From IMG/VR virus record IMGVR_UViG_3300043432_000237, positions 32,001-96,000 of that record: a DNA stretch of 64,000 bases; one strand, given 5' to 3'. Shown piece by piece: positions 28,488 to 38,797 of this stretch. The notes under the pieces were generated by a model. The model saw only the letters and a program-made list of their open reading frames with translations. It had not been told where the DNA came from and did not search any database. Position 1 is the first letter of the stretch. Each line of letters begins with the position of its first letter. The position numbers were made by a program, and so were the translations under genes. Origin of the DNA: a virus. Its lineage: Duplodnaviria > Caudoviricetes.

Positions 28488-29074
28488 ACTCCAAGCATTT
28501 GTCCAAGACCGCAGAGCAGTACACGCCGCTCTGGCTGGTGGAGAAGGGGCGCGAAGTGCTGGGCGGCACGATCGATCTCGATCCTGCCTCGACGGCCGAA
28601 GTGAACTACGACGGAGTCTGCGCGCGGAAGTTCTTCACCAAGCGCGACGACGGCTTGAAACAGGACTGGGGTACCAGTCGCCGCCCCAGCACCGTGTTCG
28701 TGAACCCTCCCGGGGGACAGTTCAGTCCACGTCAGGCCAAGCAGATCGGCACGCGCAGCAAACAGGTGGCCTTCTGGGTCAAGCTCATGGATGAGGTGCA
28801 CGCAGGGCATGTGCACCGCGCGATGTTCCTGAGCTTCAGCGTCGAGCTGTTGCAGTCGTGCCAGCGCGCGTTGCCGTCGGAGCCGGGCTGGTACCCATTG
28901 GACTTTTCGTGGTGCATTCCTGCTCAGCGCATCAAGTTCGAGAAGATCAAGCGCGGGCAGCGCATAGTCGGCAAGCAGCCGAGTCACGCCAACATCCTGA
29001 TCTTTCCAGGCTGCAACCTGAGCGAGGTGCGGCGCGTGTTCGGGGATGTGGGGCGCTGCGGCAGGGGCGGGTGA
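28484..29074 (+). CDS. Phage DNA N6-adenine methyltransferase-like protein
   Basis: YTP..., IDLDPAS, DDGLKQDW, VFVNPPG (NPPY-like with Y to G). Confidence 0.7.
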   Translation: MNSKHLSKTAEQYTPLWLVEKGREVLGGTIDLDPASTAEVNYDGVCARKFFTKRDDGLKQDWGTSRRPSTVFVNPPGGQFSPRQAKQIGTRSKQVAFWVKLMDEVHAGHVHRAMFLSFSVELLQSCQRALPSEPGWYPLDFSWCIPAQRIKFEKIKRGQRIVGKQPSHANILIFPGCNLSEVRRVFGDVGRCGRGG

Positions 29075-29469
29075 TGAGCGCGATAGGCATTGGCTCGAAG
29101 CTCTGGAGGTTCGACCAGAACCGGCGCTTCTACGCGCCACCGGAGAACAAGGGGGGCTTCGGCAAGCTCATCTGGCGTGAGCACTGGGTCCCCATGGTGG
29201 TGTGCGGGGAGACGCGGGTGTCCTGGCTAGTCGGGTACGCGCCCAGCGCGATCAATCGCCACCGAACGCCGTCCGTCACGCACAAGCTGCCGAAGGCGGA
29301 GTTCCGAAACGGTGGGTGCCCCAGGGACTGGGCGCTCTCAGAAGAGCATCTGGACGAGCTGGCGTGGGCTGAAGAAAACCGGTGTCGGCTGTCCGATCTG
29401 GTGCAGCGCTGTAACGACCCCAAGGTGCTGCGCGCGGTAGATGAGGTGTTGCGTGGAGGTGCACGGTGA
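29074..29469 (+). CDS. Hypothetical phage protein
   Basis: Coupled ORF in accessory array. Confidence 0.6.
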   Translation: MSAIGIGSKLWRFDQNRRFYAPPENKGGFGKLIWREHWVPMVVCGETRVSWLVGYAPSAINRHRTPSVTHKLPKAEFRNGGCPRDWALSEEHLDELAWAEENRCRLSDLVQRCNDPKVLRAVDEVLRGGAR

Positions 29470-30119
29470 CAGTGCTGTTTACAGCTGCGGAGCTGCGAGC
29501 AATGCGGAAGGCCTTCGTGGTGCAGGACGACGGCGGCGAGGGTCACGGCGACGTCGTGTTTGCGCGCAACGCGATGGAGGCCCGCCGCATCGGCGCTGCC
29601 GACCTGGACACCGACGAAACTGCGCTGACTGTTTGCCGCGCACCCGAGTTCGATGCGTGCGCGAGCATGGAAGCAGTGCGTGCGGAGCAGCTGGATCGAG
29701 GCTGGTGGTTCACGTGTGGGCACTGCGAAAGGCATGTTGATCAGGATGGCACCCGATACGTCGGCGAAGCTGACTACGAATATCCGTTCGATCCGGTCAT
29801 CCGGGGCAGAGACGTGTACTGTGACGGGTGGTGCGCGGGCGCGGAAGCGGTAGCGCACGTCGAACGACGGATTCAAAAGTGGACCGTGGTCGAGGCGGCG
29901 ATGGAGAAGTTCCCGGGTGCCGTGATCTGCGACGTGTCAGCGAACACCTATCACATGACCCGCAGGAACGAGATCGTACCCACGGTGCGGTTTCAGGTGC
30001 CGCCCAGGTACCACGCGACGTTTACTTGGCAGCTCGGGGACGAGACGCTGCTGATGAACGAATGCGTGCTGGAGGAGTGGAACGAGTACAGGGTGCTGAG
30101 GCAGGAGAAGCGGACATGA
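29466..30119 (+). CDS. Hypothetical phage protein with Cys pairs
   Basis: GWWFTCGHC...VYCDGWC. Confidence 0.6.
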   Translation: MTVLFTAAELRAMRKAFVVQDDGGEGHGDVVFARNAMEARRIGAADLDTDETALTVCRAPEFDACASMEAVRAEQLDRGWWFTCGHCERHVDQDGTRYVGEADYEYPFDPVIRGRDVYCDGWCAGAEAVAHVERRIQKWTVVEAAMEKFPGAVICDVSANTYHMTRRNEIVPTVRFQVPPRYHATFTWQLGDETLLMNECVLEEWNEYRVLRQEKRT

Positions 30120-31034
30120 GGCTCGACAAGGTCATCGAGGCGTTACGCCCGTTTGTGGATGAGGGCTACCCGCATGTCGTCTCCAACGCTGACAAGCTGC
30201 GCGCTGCGGGCATCGTGCGCGAATACGACCGGCTCCCGCGTGCGAAAAACTACGACGCAGGCGCCGCGCAGCCAACGACTGTGGTTCTGGGGACCAATGG
30301 GCGTCACGTCGTGCTCCAGTCTTCCGGCAACGAAGAGGTCGAGCCGAGCTACATCGTCTGGTCGCCTGCTCAGGCCAGAGAGATTGCTGAGCACCTGCTG
30401 CGACTGGCGGCGCACTTGGAGGAAGGAACAAGGGTATGACCGAGCTGGAGTCTCCGGAAGAGTTCGCCAGTGCGCTGGCTGCTAGCATGGATGTGCTGGG
30501 AGGCGGAGTGTGGTCACCTTCGGTCAGCGCCACCCGAGAAACCATCGAGCTGATTCTTACTCGGGACGCAGCGCTGGCGACCAGGCGAACTGCGCTCGAT
30601 GAGGCTGCTGAGGAAATCGCGCACCTCTGCGGGTGCTCGACGTGGGACTACCCGGCCCAGTTAGTACGGTGGGTGGCCGACCTCAAGGCCGAGCGCGACG
30701 TGCTGCGCTCTGAGCTGTCTGGCGCCGCTCGCGCGCTCGAACAGGCCGATGCGTGGATCGGCGGGTTTGCAGGTCACGTGCGATCTGCGCGCGCCGCGCT
30801 GGCGTTTGGCACTCAACCCAGTAGCGGTGTGAATGATGCCGACGTTCGCTTTCTCGCCGAAGCCATCTCCGCCCGCGATTCCACCATCCGCGCGGCGGTG
30901 CTCGAAGAGGCGGCGCGCACCTGTTCCGACCTGTCCCGCAACGCCTACCGGCACGCGCCGGACATCACCGCCGAGACAGCCGCGCATGAGTGCGCCGACG
31001 CCATCCGCGCCCTCGCCACGAAAGGACCGACCCG

Positions 31035-31658
31035 ATGACCGACACCGACGACGTGATTCGTGAGGTGCGGAGGCTGGACGCGGAGGCAACGAGTGGGCCG
31101 TGGTTCTACAACAGCTACTCCACCGTGTTCTCCGAGCCGGCCTCTGAGGCGTACGAAGCGCTCGTCCAGGCCATCCCCGACGACGCGCCGGACGAGGCGT
31201 GGGAGGCCCTGCCCGCTGGCTACGTCGCGTCGGTCCCCGTCGTTGGCGGCGACACGGCTACTGCGGAGGGGTCAAAAGACGCCGCACTGATAGCCCACTT
31301 CCGCACCGCCGCCCCCCTGCTCGCGGCCGAGGTAGAGCGGCTGAGGGCGGAGAATGCGGCACGTCGCGAGGAGCTGCGCCTCGCCCAGTGTCCGAACCCG
31401 CGCGACCCGGAGTACGCCGGCCACTGTGAGACGTGCTCGGGGCTGTCCGTCGCGCGCACGCGGAGGCTTGCGGAACTGGAGGCTGAGAATGCGGAGCTGC
31501 GGGAGGCGTTGGTCGTCGCCGAGCAATCGCTGGGCTGGTGGGCGTCATCGAGCCACGCGAAGCGGTTCGTGTGGGACGGGCGCGAGCAAGACCCAAACGG
31601 CACGCACCACGCACTGGTAGTCGCCCGCGCAGCGCTCGCGAAGGGAGGCGGCAAGTGA
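31035..31658 (+). CDS. Ead/Ea22-like phage protein
   Basis: AEATSGPW...DAALIAHFRTAAPLLAAEVERLRAE motif. Confidence 0.5.
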   Translation: MTDTDDVIREVRRLDAEATSGPWFYNSYSTVFSEPASEAYEALVQAIPDDAPDEAWEALPAGYVASVPVVGGDTATAEGSKDAALIAHFRTAAPLLAAEVERLRAENAARREELRLAQCPNPRDPEYAGHCETCSGLSVARTRRLAELEAENAELREALVVAEQSLGWWASSSHAKRFVWDGREQDPNGTHHALVVARAALAKGGGK

Positions 31659-33093
31659 GTGAACTGAAGTTGGCGACGGGAACCGATGGCAAGTTGTGTC
31701 TGATGGCGAGCGTTCCAGGTGTCGCAGCGATGTTCGGTCTAGATGACCTGGTCCAGTGCCTCAAGGCCAACCCCGAGGCGTGCGCGGAGGTGTGGGACGC
31801 GCTGTGCGAGACGGAATGCGCCGGGCTCGTGTCGCGCCGCTGGTACGTGGGGGAGCAGACCGCGCGCAAAGAAGCCGAAGCCCGCGCAGAGAAGTTCGCC
31901 GCAGAGCGCGAGGAGAAGCCCGCGCAGGGAAGGCGGGAGGACGAACGCGAGAGAGGGGAGCCCGCTCTGACTTGCCGTGCATGTGGCAAGCCTCTCGTGG
32001 GTGAAGAGCAGCGCATCGTCGTGCCTCCCTGGATTTGCACCTGCGAGGCGTGTGCGGGCTACCCGCCTCGCTCGCGTGACGGGATTGCCCCCGACCCAGC
32101 GGTAGCGAAGGCACTGATCGAGCTGCAGGACACGTGGGGGATCGACGGAGAGCAAGCGGAGCACGTCGCCGAGGTGCTGAATGACGTCTACAATGCGGCC
32201 TACCTGTCGGCGGCGACCCAAACACATGCGTGGCGCCGGCTGACCGCGGACCCGGAATCCTGTCCGGCTGAGGGGGACACGGTGGTGTTGCTCGACGAGG
32301 ACAACCAGGAGCTGCGCCTGGCCGAGTGGCCCCCGCTGGTAGCGGATCACGGCTGGACGCACTGGCAACCGGTGCCGTGGCAGGAGCCACCGTGAGCGAG
32401 TCAGCTTGGCACGAGTGTGACCAGTGGATGGTGAGAGTCGATGGGGGTCCAGGGTTCTGGGCTCCCAGCTGTGGCGGCGTGTTCAGGTGCGACGAATGCG
32501 GAGACCTGGTGGGGTGGTGTTGCGGCGGCTCCGAGGACTGGGTAGACGAGACCAAGCCCGATCCGGGGGTTATCTGTAACGAGTGCTGGGTGGAGCACTA
32601 CGGAGAGGAAGACGACGACGATGGTGGTGGAAGGCAGAGATCTGATGGTGGTCACGCTGAAGGCACACGCTCAGCACGTGCTGCAAAGGCTACTGCGACC
32701 CGTGCGACGAATCGTCAGCGCGGAGCTGGTCGAGGACCAGCGCGTCACCGGAGACATTCTGAGTGAGCTACTGGGCTCGCGCCGGTGCGCGGAAGGCAAC
32801 GCTTGCCTGGCGCAGGAGCTGGCGCTCCGCATCGAACGATCGGAGGCGCAGCTGTATCAGGTGGGCGCGACGCGCGGAGACATTCTGCAGCGGGCCACGC
32901 GCGTCCGGGCCTTGTTCGACGTCATGCTGAACGAACCCGACCCGGTCGAGCTGCTGACTGCATTGGAGGACGCGCTGTACCTGGCCGAAGAGGGCTGGTC
33001 GTACGCGGACGAGTACTTCCAGAAGAAGTGGGAGTTCAAGCAACGGCTTGCTACGCTGCGTGCCGTGGTCCAGGACGCAAAGGAGAAGCTGCA

Positions 33094-33918
33094 GTGAACG
33101 TCGGCAAGCTGTTGGCAACGGAGGAGCGTGAGCCCGTCGAGCGCTGGGTGCGCGCGCACGTGCAGACGGTGTACTGCGGATCCAACGTCGCGCTCTGTCG
33201 CGTGCTGGGGAAGTACCTGTGCCAGGTCGACACGCGCGACTTGTCGCTGGCACCGTACCTGATGTTGGACGGTTTCTGGGAGATGTGGATTTCGCAAGCC
33301 ATCGCGCGGCACGTGCAGCCGGGAATGATCTGCGTGGACGTGGGCGCGTGCTTCGGCTACTACACGCTGCTGTTTGCCGAGCTGGCGGGCCCCAGCGGTC
33401 ATGTGATCAGCTACGAGCCCAACCCGGCCTGCGCTCAGCTCCTGCGGCGCACGTTGGCCTTGAACGGTCTGACTGAGCTAGTGGACGTGCGAGAGAGCGC
33501 CGTGGGCAGCGAGCAGGGCATGGCGAGACTGTGCCTCATGCCAGACCGCTGGGGCGACTCGCGGCTGAGCGAGTCCGTGCCACCGCGCGAGACCGGACAG
33601 CCCGAGTCGCTGTCGTTTGCTGTTCGGAAAGCTCCGCTGGATCTGGATCAGCGCGTGGACGTGATGAAGATCGACGCGGAGGGCTCCGAGCCGGACATCT
33701 GGGTGGGCATGCAGGAGCTGCTGCGTCGCGACAACCCGTTGGTCCTGATGGAGTTCGCGCCCTCGGCGCTCAAATCGCCCGAGGCGCTGCTGGCCCTGGT
33801 GACGTCGTCCGGCTACGAGCTGGCCATCGTGGACGAGGCGGGGCTTCGTCGCCCGGCGACCCGTGAGTACCTGCTGGGGGACGGGGAAATCAGGACCCTC
33901 TGGCTGCAGCGCCAGTAG
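33094..33918 (+). CDS. FkbM-family SAM-dependent methyltransferase
   Basis: VDVGACFGYYT, YEPNP, VMKIDAEGSE. Confidence 0.9.
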   Translation: MNVGKLLATEEREPVERWVRAHVQTVYCGSNVALCRVLGKYLCQVDTRDLSLAPYLMLDGFWEMWISQAIARHVQPGMICVDVGACFGYYTLLFAELAGPSGHVISYEPNPACAQLLRRTLALNGLTELVDVRESAVGSEQGMARLCLMPDRWGDSRLSESVPPRETGQPESLSFAVRKAPLDLDQRVDVMKIDAEGSEPDIWVGMQELLRRDNPLVLMEFAPSALKSPEALLALVTSSGYELAIVDEAGLRRPATREYLLGDGEIRTLWLQRQ

Positions 33919-33932
33919 GGCCCGAAAAAGTT

Positions 33933-33960
33933 GACCCACGCCGCCGCCCAGACCTAGCAT
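33933..33960 (+). promoter_or_regulatory. Sigma70-like promoter
   Basis: A-tract, TTGACC-N18-TAGCAT just before ATG 33967 (approximate coordinates). Confidence 0.5.
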
Positions 33961-33966
33961 GCCCAC

Positions 33967-34380
33967 ATGGCACTAGGTGTTGGCAGCGTCGTCATGATGT
34001 CTCTCAGCTCGGCAGACTTGCCGGAGAACACTGCACAGGGTCCGGACGTGCAGCCGCAGCCGCCGGTTCTGGGCGTGGTGGAGGCGGACGCTGGCGGCGG
34101 AGTCGCCTGGGATATCTCCTGGGGGAACGGCAACCGCACGCTGGCCGTCCCAAGCGGTGGCATTCAAGATCTCTACTCGGTCAGTCCGGCGGAACGCGCT
34201 CGGCTGTTCGGGCGCGTGGTCTCGATCGATGGCGAGAGCGCCGAGTACTGGGGCCAGGTCGTGGAGATGTATCGCCGCGGCTCGACCGAGTCCGAAGAGA
34301 AGGCGCTGGTGTGCATGTTCAGCACCGGCGCGTACCGCGAAGTCAACACGAGCGCACTGGTCGCCGTCCCGGGCCGCTGA
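33967..34380 (+). CDS. Hypothetical protein, tandem paralog A
   Basis: MALGVGS..SADLPEN..GPDV..QPP shared with next ORF. Confidence 0.75.
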   Translation: MALGVGSVVMMSLSSADLPENTAQGPDVQPQPPVLGVVEADAGGGVAWDISWGNGNRTLAVPSGGIQDLYSVSPAERARLFGRVVSIDGESAEYWGQVVEMYRRGSTESEEKALVCMFSTGAYREVNTSALVAVPGR

Positions 34381-34401
34381 AGGAACTGAGGAGCAAGACA
34401 C

Positions 34402-34806
34402 ATGGCATTGGGAGTTGGATCGATCGTCACGCAGAAGGTTGCCAGCGCAGATCTGCCCGAGAACCTCGAAGGCCCGGATGTGCTTGCGCAGCCCCCTCAG
34501 TACGGCAAGGTCGTGGCCGTCGGCAGCCCGGGCTGGAACGTGCTCTGGCAGCAGGGCGTCCTGCAAACGAACATGGCGGCGACCGTGTTCGATGACCTCT
34601 ACGCGGTCAGCGCGAACTCGCGCGCAGCGTACCTGGGTCAGGTCGTGCGGGTGGCCGGCGAATCACCCGAGTACCAGTACCAGGTCATGTCGATGTTCCG
34701 GCGTGGCGCGGCCGTCAACGCCGAGCGCGCCTCACTGAAGGCCCTGAACTCCCGCGGCTACCGCGAAGTGCTCGTGACGCAGCTGGTCGCCGTCACGGGT
34801 CGGTGA
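34402..34806 (+). CDS. Hypothetical protein, tandem paralog B
   Basis: SD GAGGAG; similar along full length to 33967 ORF, both end LVAV.GR. Confidence 0.75.
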   Translation: MALGVGSIVTQKVASADLPENLEGPDVLAQPPQYGKVVAVGSPGWNVLWQQGVLQTNMAATVFDDLYAVSANSRAAYLGQVVRVAGESPEYQYQVMSMFRRGAAVNAERASLKALNSRGYREVLVTQLVAVTGR

Positions 34807-35208
34807 TGGATCTCGACCGCGCCAACCTCCTGGCGTGCGCACAGGCCTGCCTGTCGGCCATCCGCGAGGCGGATGTTGCCTGCGATGCGCTGGACCAGGA
34901 CGACCGGGACCAGGCCCGCGCCCGCGCGGAGGCCGCCCAGGCTGCCAGCCAGCGCGCCCGGCGCATGCTCAAGCAGGTCGTACAGCGGCTGCCCTCCCAT
35001 AGCCGCCAGGCGCGGCTGGCGCGGGCCGCCGTGGAGGCCACGGAGACGGCCATCGAGGGCTCCAGTGGGGCGGTGGAGACGGACGTGCTGGACAGCCGCC
35101 TGGGGCGCGCCCAGCGGGCTGTGGTGGCGGTGTTCGACTGCCTCGGCGAGCCCCGGCCGCCGGTGCCGGTGCGGCAAGGTCCGGCCGCCCAGCTCCCGCG
35201 CCCGCCGC

Positions 35209-35655
35209 TCAGCGCCTCACGGTGAACCCGAACAGCCGGGCGGTGTCGACGACCACGGGCTCCTCGCCCTGGTTCTCGAAGGTCAGGCTCAGACACTCGC
35301 CCGGGGCGCACCAGACGAAGGTCAGCAGAAGATCACGCCCCCAGGCTTCTAGCCCGTTCTGGCGCCGCAGGTTAATGACCAGCCCGGGCTGCTCGATGCG
35401 CGTCAACACGAGGTGCTGGTCGACGGCGACCGTGCGCGTCAGGTGCACCTTGTCGCCAGGAGGCACCACCCACGTTTCTGGGTTGGGCCAGATCGATCCG
35501 TCTGCCAGTGTTCCATCCAAGGCCACCAGCACGTCGATGGCGTTCAGTGTCGCGCGCAGCTCCTTGTCACCCAGTTGTTGCAGCGCGCTGCGCAGCAAAG
35601 CGACCTCGCTGCTCAAGACCTGCACGCGCGCCAGAAGCTGAGCAGGGGTGTCCAT
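35209..35655 (-). CDS. Coiled-coil plus beta-sandwich protein (jelly-roll-like)
   Basis: Architecture like ORF 242; ends WCAPGECLSLTFEN...LFGFTV. Confidence 0.5.
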   Translation of the reverse strand: MDTPAQLLARVQVLSSEVALLRSALQQLGDKELRATLNAIDVLVALDGTLADGSIWPNPETWVVPPGDKVHLTRTVAVDQHLVLTRIEQPGLVINLRRQNGLEAWGRDLLLTFVWCAPGECLSLTFENQGEEPVVVDTARLFGFTVRR

Positions 35656-36177
35656 CTACCGCGCGCCGTGGGGAAAGCAGAAGGGACAGTACGGTGAGCA
35701 CTCCGTCGTGCCCGGGTCCAGCTGAACGCACACGCGCTCGTGAGGCACAGACTGGCGCAAGGTCGCGCGCAGCTCGGCGATGTCGTCCAGCGCGCTCGCC
35801 AAGCGCTGCTCCGCCTCGTTCCGTGCGGCCAGCGCGCTCTGCCACTTCTCGAACAGCTCCGCAATGGCCGCCCGCGCGGCGCTCGGCGAAACGATGGCCC
35901 CGAACGCTACCGAGCGAATCGCTTCCGCCCACTCGTCGGCTTCACTGCGCGCGCGGCGCAAAGCCTCCCGCAGTGTCTCTAGCTCCTGGTCAGCCATGGT
36001 GCGCCCGTTCGCGTTTGGCGCGCGAGCGACAGCGCGGCGAGCAGTAGGTCGGGTACCTTCCGCGTACGCGCCTCACCGGCAGTGATCCGAAACACACCGG
36101 GCAAGAACCCTGGGTCAGAATCACTTGGCGCTCCGTCCACCGCCGCTCCGAGCGGTTCAGATCACGCGCAGGGGACA

Positions 36178-36348
36178 TCACAAACCCATGATGAACTTCT
36201 CGATGATCTCCCGGTAGGAGACCCTGCGGTTCTCGCGCTCGCTGCGCTTGAGCGCGTACGACTGGAGCTTGTCCATCAGTGCCGGCTTGATGCGCACTGC
36301 GAGCAAATGCTCCGACTTCTTACCCTTCTGCGACGAGCTGCTAGCCAT
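36178..36348 (-). CDS. Ribbon-helix-helix (Arc/CopG-like) regulator, 56 aa, not in ORF track
   Basis: MASSSSQKGKKSEHLLAVRIKPALMDKLQSYALKRSERENRRVSYREIIEKFIMGL*. Confidence 0.7.
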   Translation of the reverse strand: MASSSSQKGKKSEHLLAVRIKPALMDKLQSYALKRSERENRRVSYREIIEKFIMGL

Positions 36349-36387
36349 GTCAGCGTGACGCTAGCCGTGCTAGCAGTGCCGCGTCAA
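36340..36387 (-). promoter_or_regulatory. Promoter/operator of the RHH gene
   Basis: TTGACG on minus strand (36387-36382); GCTAGC at 36369, 36360, 36340. Confidence 0.65.
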
Positions 36388-36395
36388 GCGCGAAA

Positions 36396-36959
36396 TCACA
36401 GGAGCCACTGCCAGAGGGCGCCTGCCCAGGCCGCGTAGCCCTTCGCCGTCGGGTGGATGCGGTCCGGAGCCCGCGGGATCTGCAAGGTCTGGCTCGGGAA
36501 GTACTGGGAGGCTGGGATCTTGCTCTGCAAGAAGGCGACGATGCCGTTTGAAGGTTTGGGCAGCGTCGGCGGGCCGATCCAGACCACCTCGGCCGGAGCC
36601 AAGCGTTGCAGGAGCTGGTCGAGGTAGGGGGACTGGCGCTGGACCGCGTTGCCAGTCAGGTACTCGTCGTTCGTGCCGAGCGAGACCAGCACCAGGGTCG
36701 GGCGAAAGGCCGACAGCGTCTGCTGCAGAGCCGCGCTCTGCGCCCACTGGTCGATGCGCGTGCTGACGGTGGCCGTGCCCAAAAACGGCACCTTCTGCTC
36801 GGCCGCGAGCGCCTTGAGCTGAGGCGCCAAGCCGACCGCCAAGCTGTCACCGATCAGCAGCAGGCGCGTCCCGGCGTGCACCTTGGGTGCCCGGATGGCA
36901 CGCACCAAACCCACACCGAGCGCCGCAGCGAGCCCCGCGTATACCCAACGACGATCCAC
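36396..36959 (-). CDS. N-anchored SGNH/GDSL hydrolase
   Basis: N-terminal TM; LIGDSLA, LGTND, DRIHP. Confidence 0.85.
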   Translation of the reverse strand: MDRRWVYAGLAAALGVGLVRAIRAPKVHAGTRLLLIGDSLAVGLAPQLKALAAEQKVPFLGTATVSTRIDQWAQSAALQQTLSAFRPTLVLVSLGTNDEYLTGNAVQRQSPYLDQLLQRLAPAEVVWIGPPTLPKPSNGIVAFLQSKIPASQYFPSQTLQIPRAPDRIHPTAKGYAAWAGALWQWLL

Positions 36960-36990
36960 GATCCCGACGGTACCGCCGCCCGGGCCATCC

Positions 36991-37710
36991 TCACAAGTTT
37001 TTCAGCAGGCCCGCGCGCTGCAGAGCGAAGTAGCCGAGCACGGCCGCGCCGGCTCCCAGCGTGAGCGTGCCGAGCGACGCCGCCACCGAGGACGCGCCCA
37101 GCTTCAAGGTCACGCCCAGGTTGTTGTACGCGATGACCGAGTAGGGGTAGCTGCCGCAACCGGCCATGTTGAGCTGCTTACTCCAGCAGCCGTTGGCGAG
37201 GTTGGTCTGGCTCGGGCAGAGGTGTCCCGCGTTGTAGTAGCTGGCGGCGGCGACTAGCCCGCGTCCCGCGGCGCGCTTGACGTTGTCGGCGAGCAGGTGG
37301 GTGCCCATGTCGATGTTCTTGCCGGGATCAAAACGGTCCTCCAGCGAGTAACCGTACATCTTGGCGACCATCGGGATGGGCTGCATGATGCCGATCGACG
37401 AGAACCCGTCGGCGCTCATGATCGTCGCCTGCTTCGCGGTCGGATAGCCGCCGGTTTCCAGCGTGGCGATGGCGACAGGCCAGCGCACGGGCAACCCGTA
37501 CTTCTTGGCCGCGGCTTGAAAGTGTGCGCCCCAGGCCGTCCACATGCGGATGAAGTTCTTGCCCTGTGGACTGGTCGGGCTGTGCTCGGGCACACCTATT
37601 CCAGCGACCTCGATCTTGCCGTCAGGGAGTTCGCGCCAGTTCGCTCCGCCGCAGGGATTGGTGATCCAGGTCACGAGCTGAGGATCGCCGAATCCGGCGT
37701 CCTGGTCCAA
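36991..37710 (-). CDS. Lytic transglycosylase (SLT-like) with C-terminal membrane anchor
   Basis: AIATLETGG, GIMQ, FDPGKNIDMG, SYYNAG; C-terminal TM. Confidence 0.8.
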   Translation of the reverse strand: MDQDAGFGDPQLVTWITNPCGGANWRELPDGKIEVAGIGVPEHSPTSPQGKNFIRMWTAWGAHFQAAAKKYGLPVRWPVAIATLETGGYPTAKQATIMSADGFSSIGIMQPIPMVAKMYGYSLEDRFDPGKNIDMGTHLLADNVKRAAGRGLVAAASYYNAGHLCPSQTNLANGCWSKQLNMAGCGSYPYSVIAYNNLGVTLKLGASSVAASLGTLTLGAGAAVLGYFALQRAGLLKNL

Positions 37711-38100
37711 TTCCTCGACGCGCAGGCGCCCAGCTGCGCAGAGCGGTGAAGGTCGCGGCCAGCTCGACCAGATGCGCCAGGGGCAAGAGCGGCAGCGCCT
37801 CGGTCTCCGTACTCTCGGCCAGCAGGATCCTCACGATGCGCTGGTCTCCCACGCGCTCACCGGTCACACGCAACACGCTCGCGCGGTACCGCCAGAGAGC
37901 CGCCCGCGCCAGCCACTGCACGCGCGGCAGATCTCCCGCGAGGGCCAGCTCGATCTGATTCTCTCGCGGGTTCAATCTCCAGCAGGACAGCATGGACGGA
38001 GAAAGAGCCAGCAACAGCTCCAGGCACTGGTCCTGGCGCAACGGCCCGTGCCCGACGATGCGCCGCACGCGCGTGCTGTGCCGCGCCCACGGAGGACGAG

Positions 38101-38502
38101 TCAGGGCAGCGCACATGTGGACCTCAGGATGACCCCGTGAGCCATCAGCACGCTGAGCACGGTGAGGCGAAACAGGGTGTCCTTTGCACGCTGTTCGGGC
38201 GGCAGATCGGAGTAGGGCACCAGGCACGGGTGCTCCTTGGTGCTCTCGTCCTTGACCGGCCCGTGTCGCCACCCATCCCGCAGCTTCAGCTCCATCCAGC
38301 GCGCGTGCATGTCCGCTGGACTGCTGTGCGGGTTGTCCAGCAGCGCCTGCACGCCCTGCAACGCCGAAGAGCGCTGCCAGGCTGGCGCGTAGTCCCAGCA
38401 GGGGTGAGAGAAGTCGTGTAGCCCACGACAGAAGGCACGGTTGACCTCGTGCGCCGTGCGCGCGGCCAGCTCGATCAGAATCTGCTTGTTCTCAGGTGTC
38501 AT
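38101..38502 (-). CDS. RyR-domain phage protein
   Basis: HARWMELKLRDGWRHGPVKDESTKEHPCLVPYSDLP. Confidence 0.85.
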   Translation of the reverse strand: MTPENKQILIELAARTAHEVNRAFCRGLHDFSHPCWDYAPAWQRSSALQGVQALLDNPHSSPADMHARWMELKLRDGWRHGPVKDESTKEHPCLVPYSDLPPEQRAKDTLFRLTVLSVLMAHGVILRSTCALP

Positions 38503-38797
38503 CAGGCCGTCCTTTGCTTCTTGCGTTTGCGTGCCACGGTCAGTCCATAGAGCGTGGCCAGTAGCAGCTGCGCCCCTTCGGGAAACCGCACCGCGGTGTA
38601 GGTGCGGGCGGCGACCAGCTCCGCCACGCGCTGGCAGCCCCAGCGCTCCTCGGGCGCCCGGCCGCTCAGTGAGTCCAACACGGAACCGGCGCGAGCGGCA
38701 GCCCACAAGTGCGCGTTGATGTGATGCGGAAACCTCACGCCGCGCTCAGTCAGCAGGACGGTGCAGGTGCCGTCGCCGCACTTGACCCGAAACTTCC

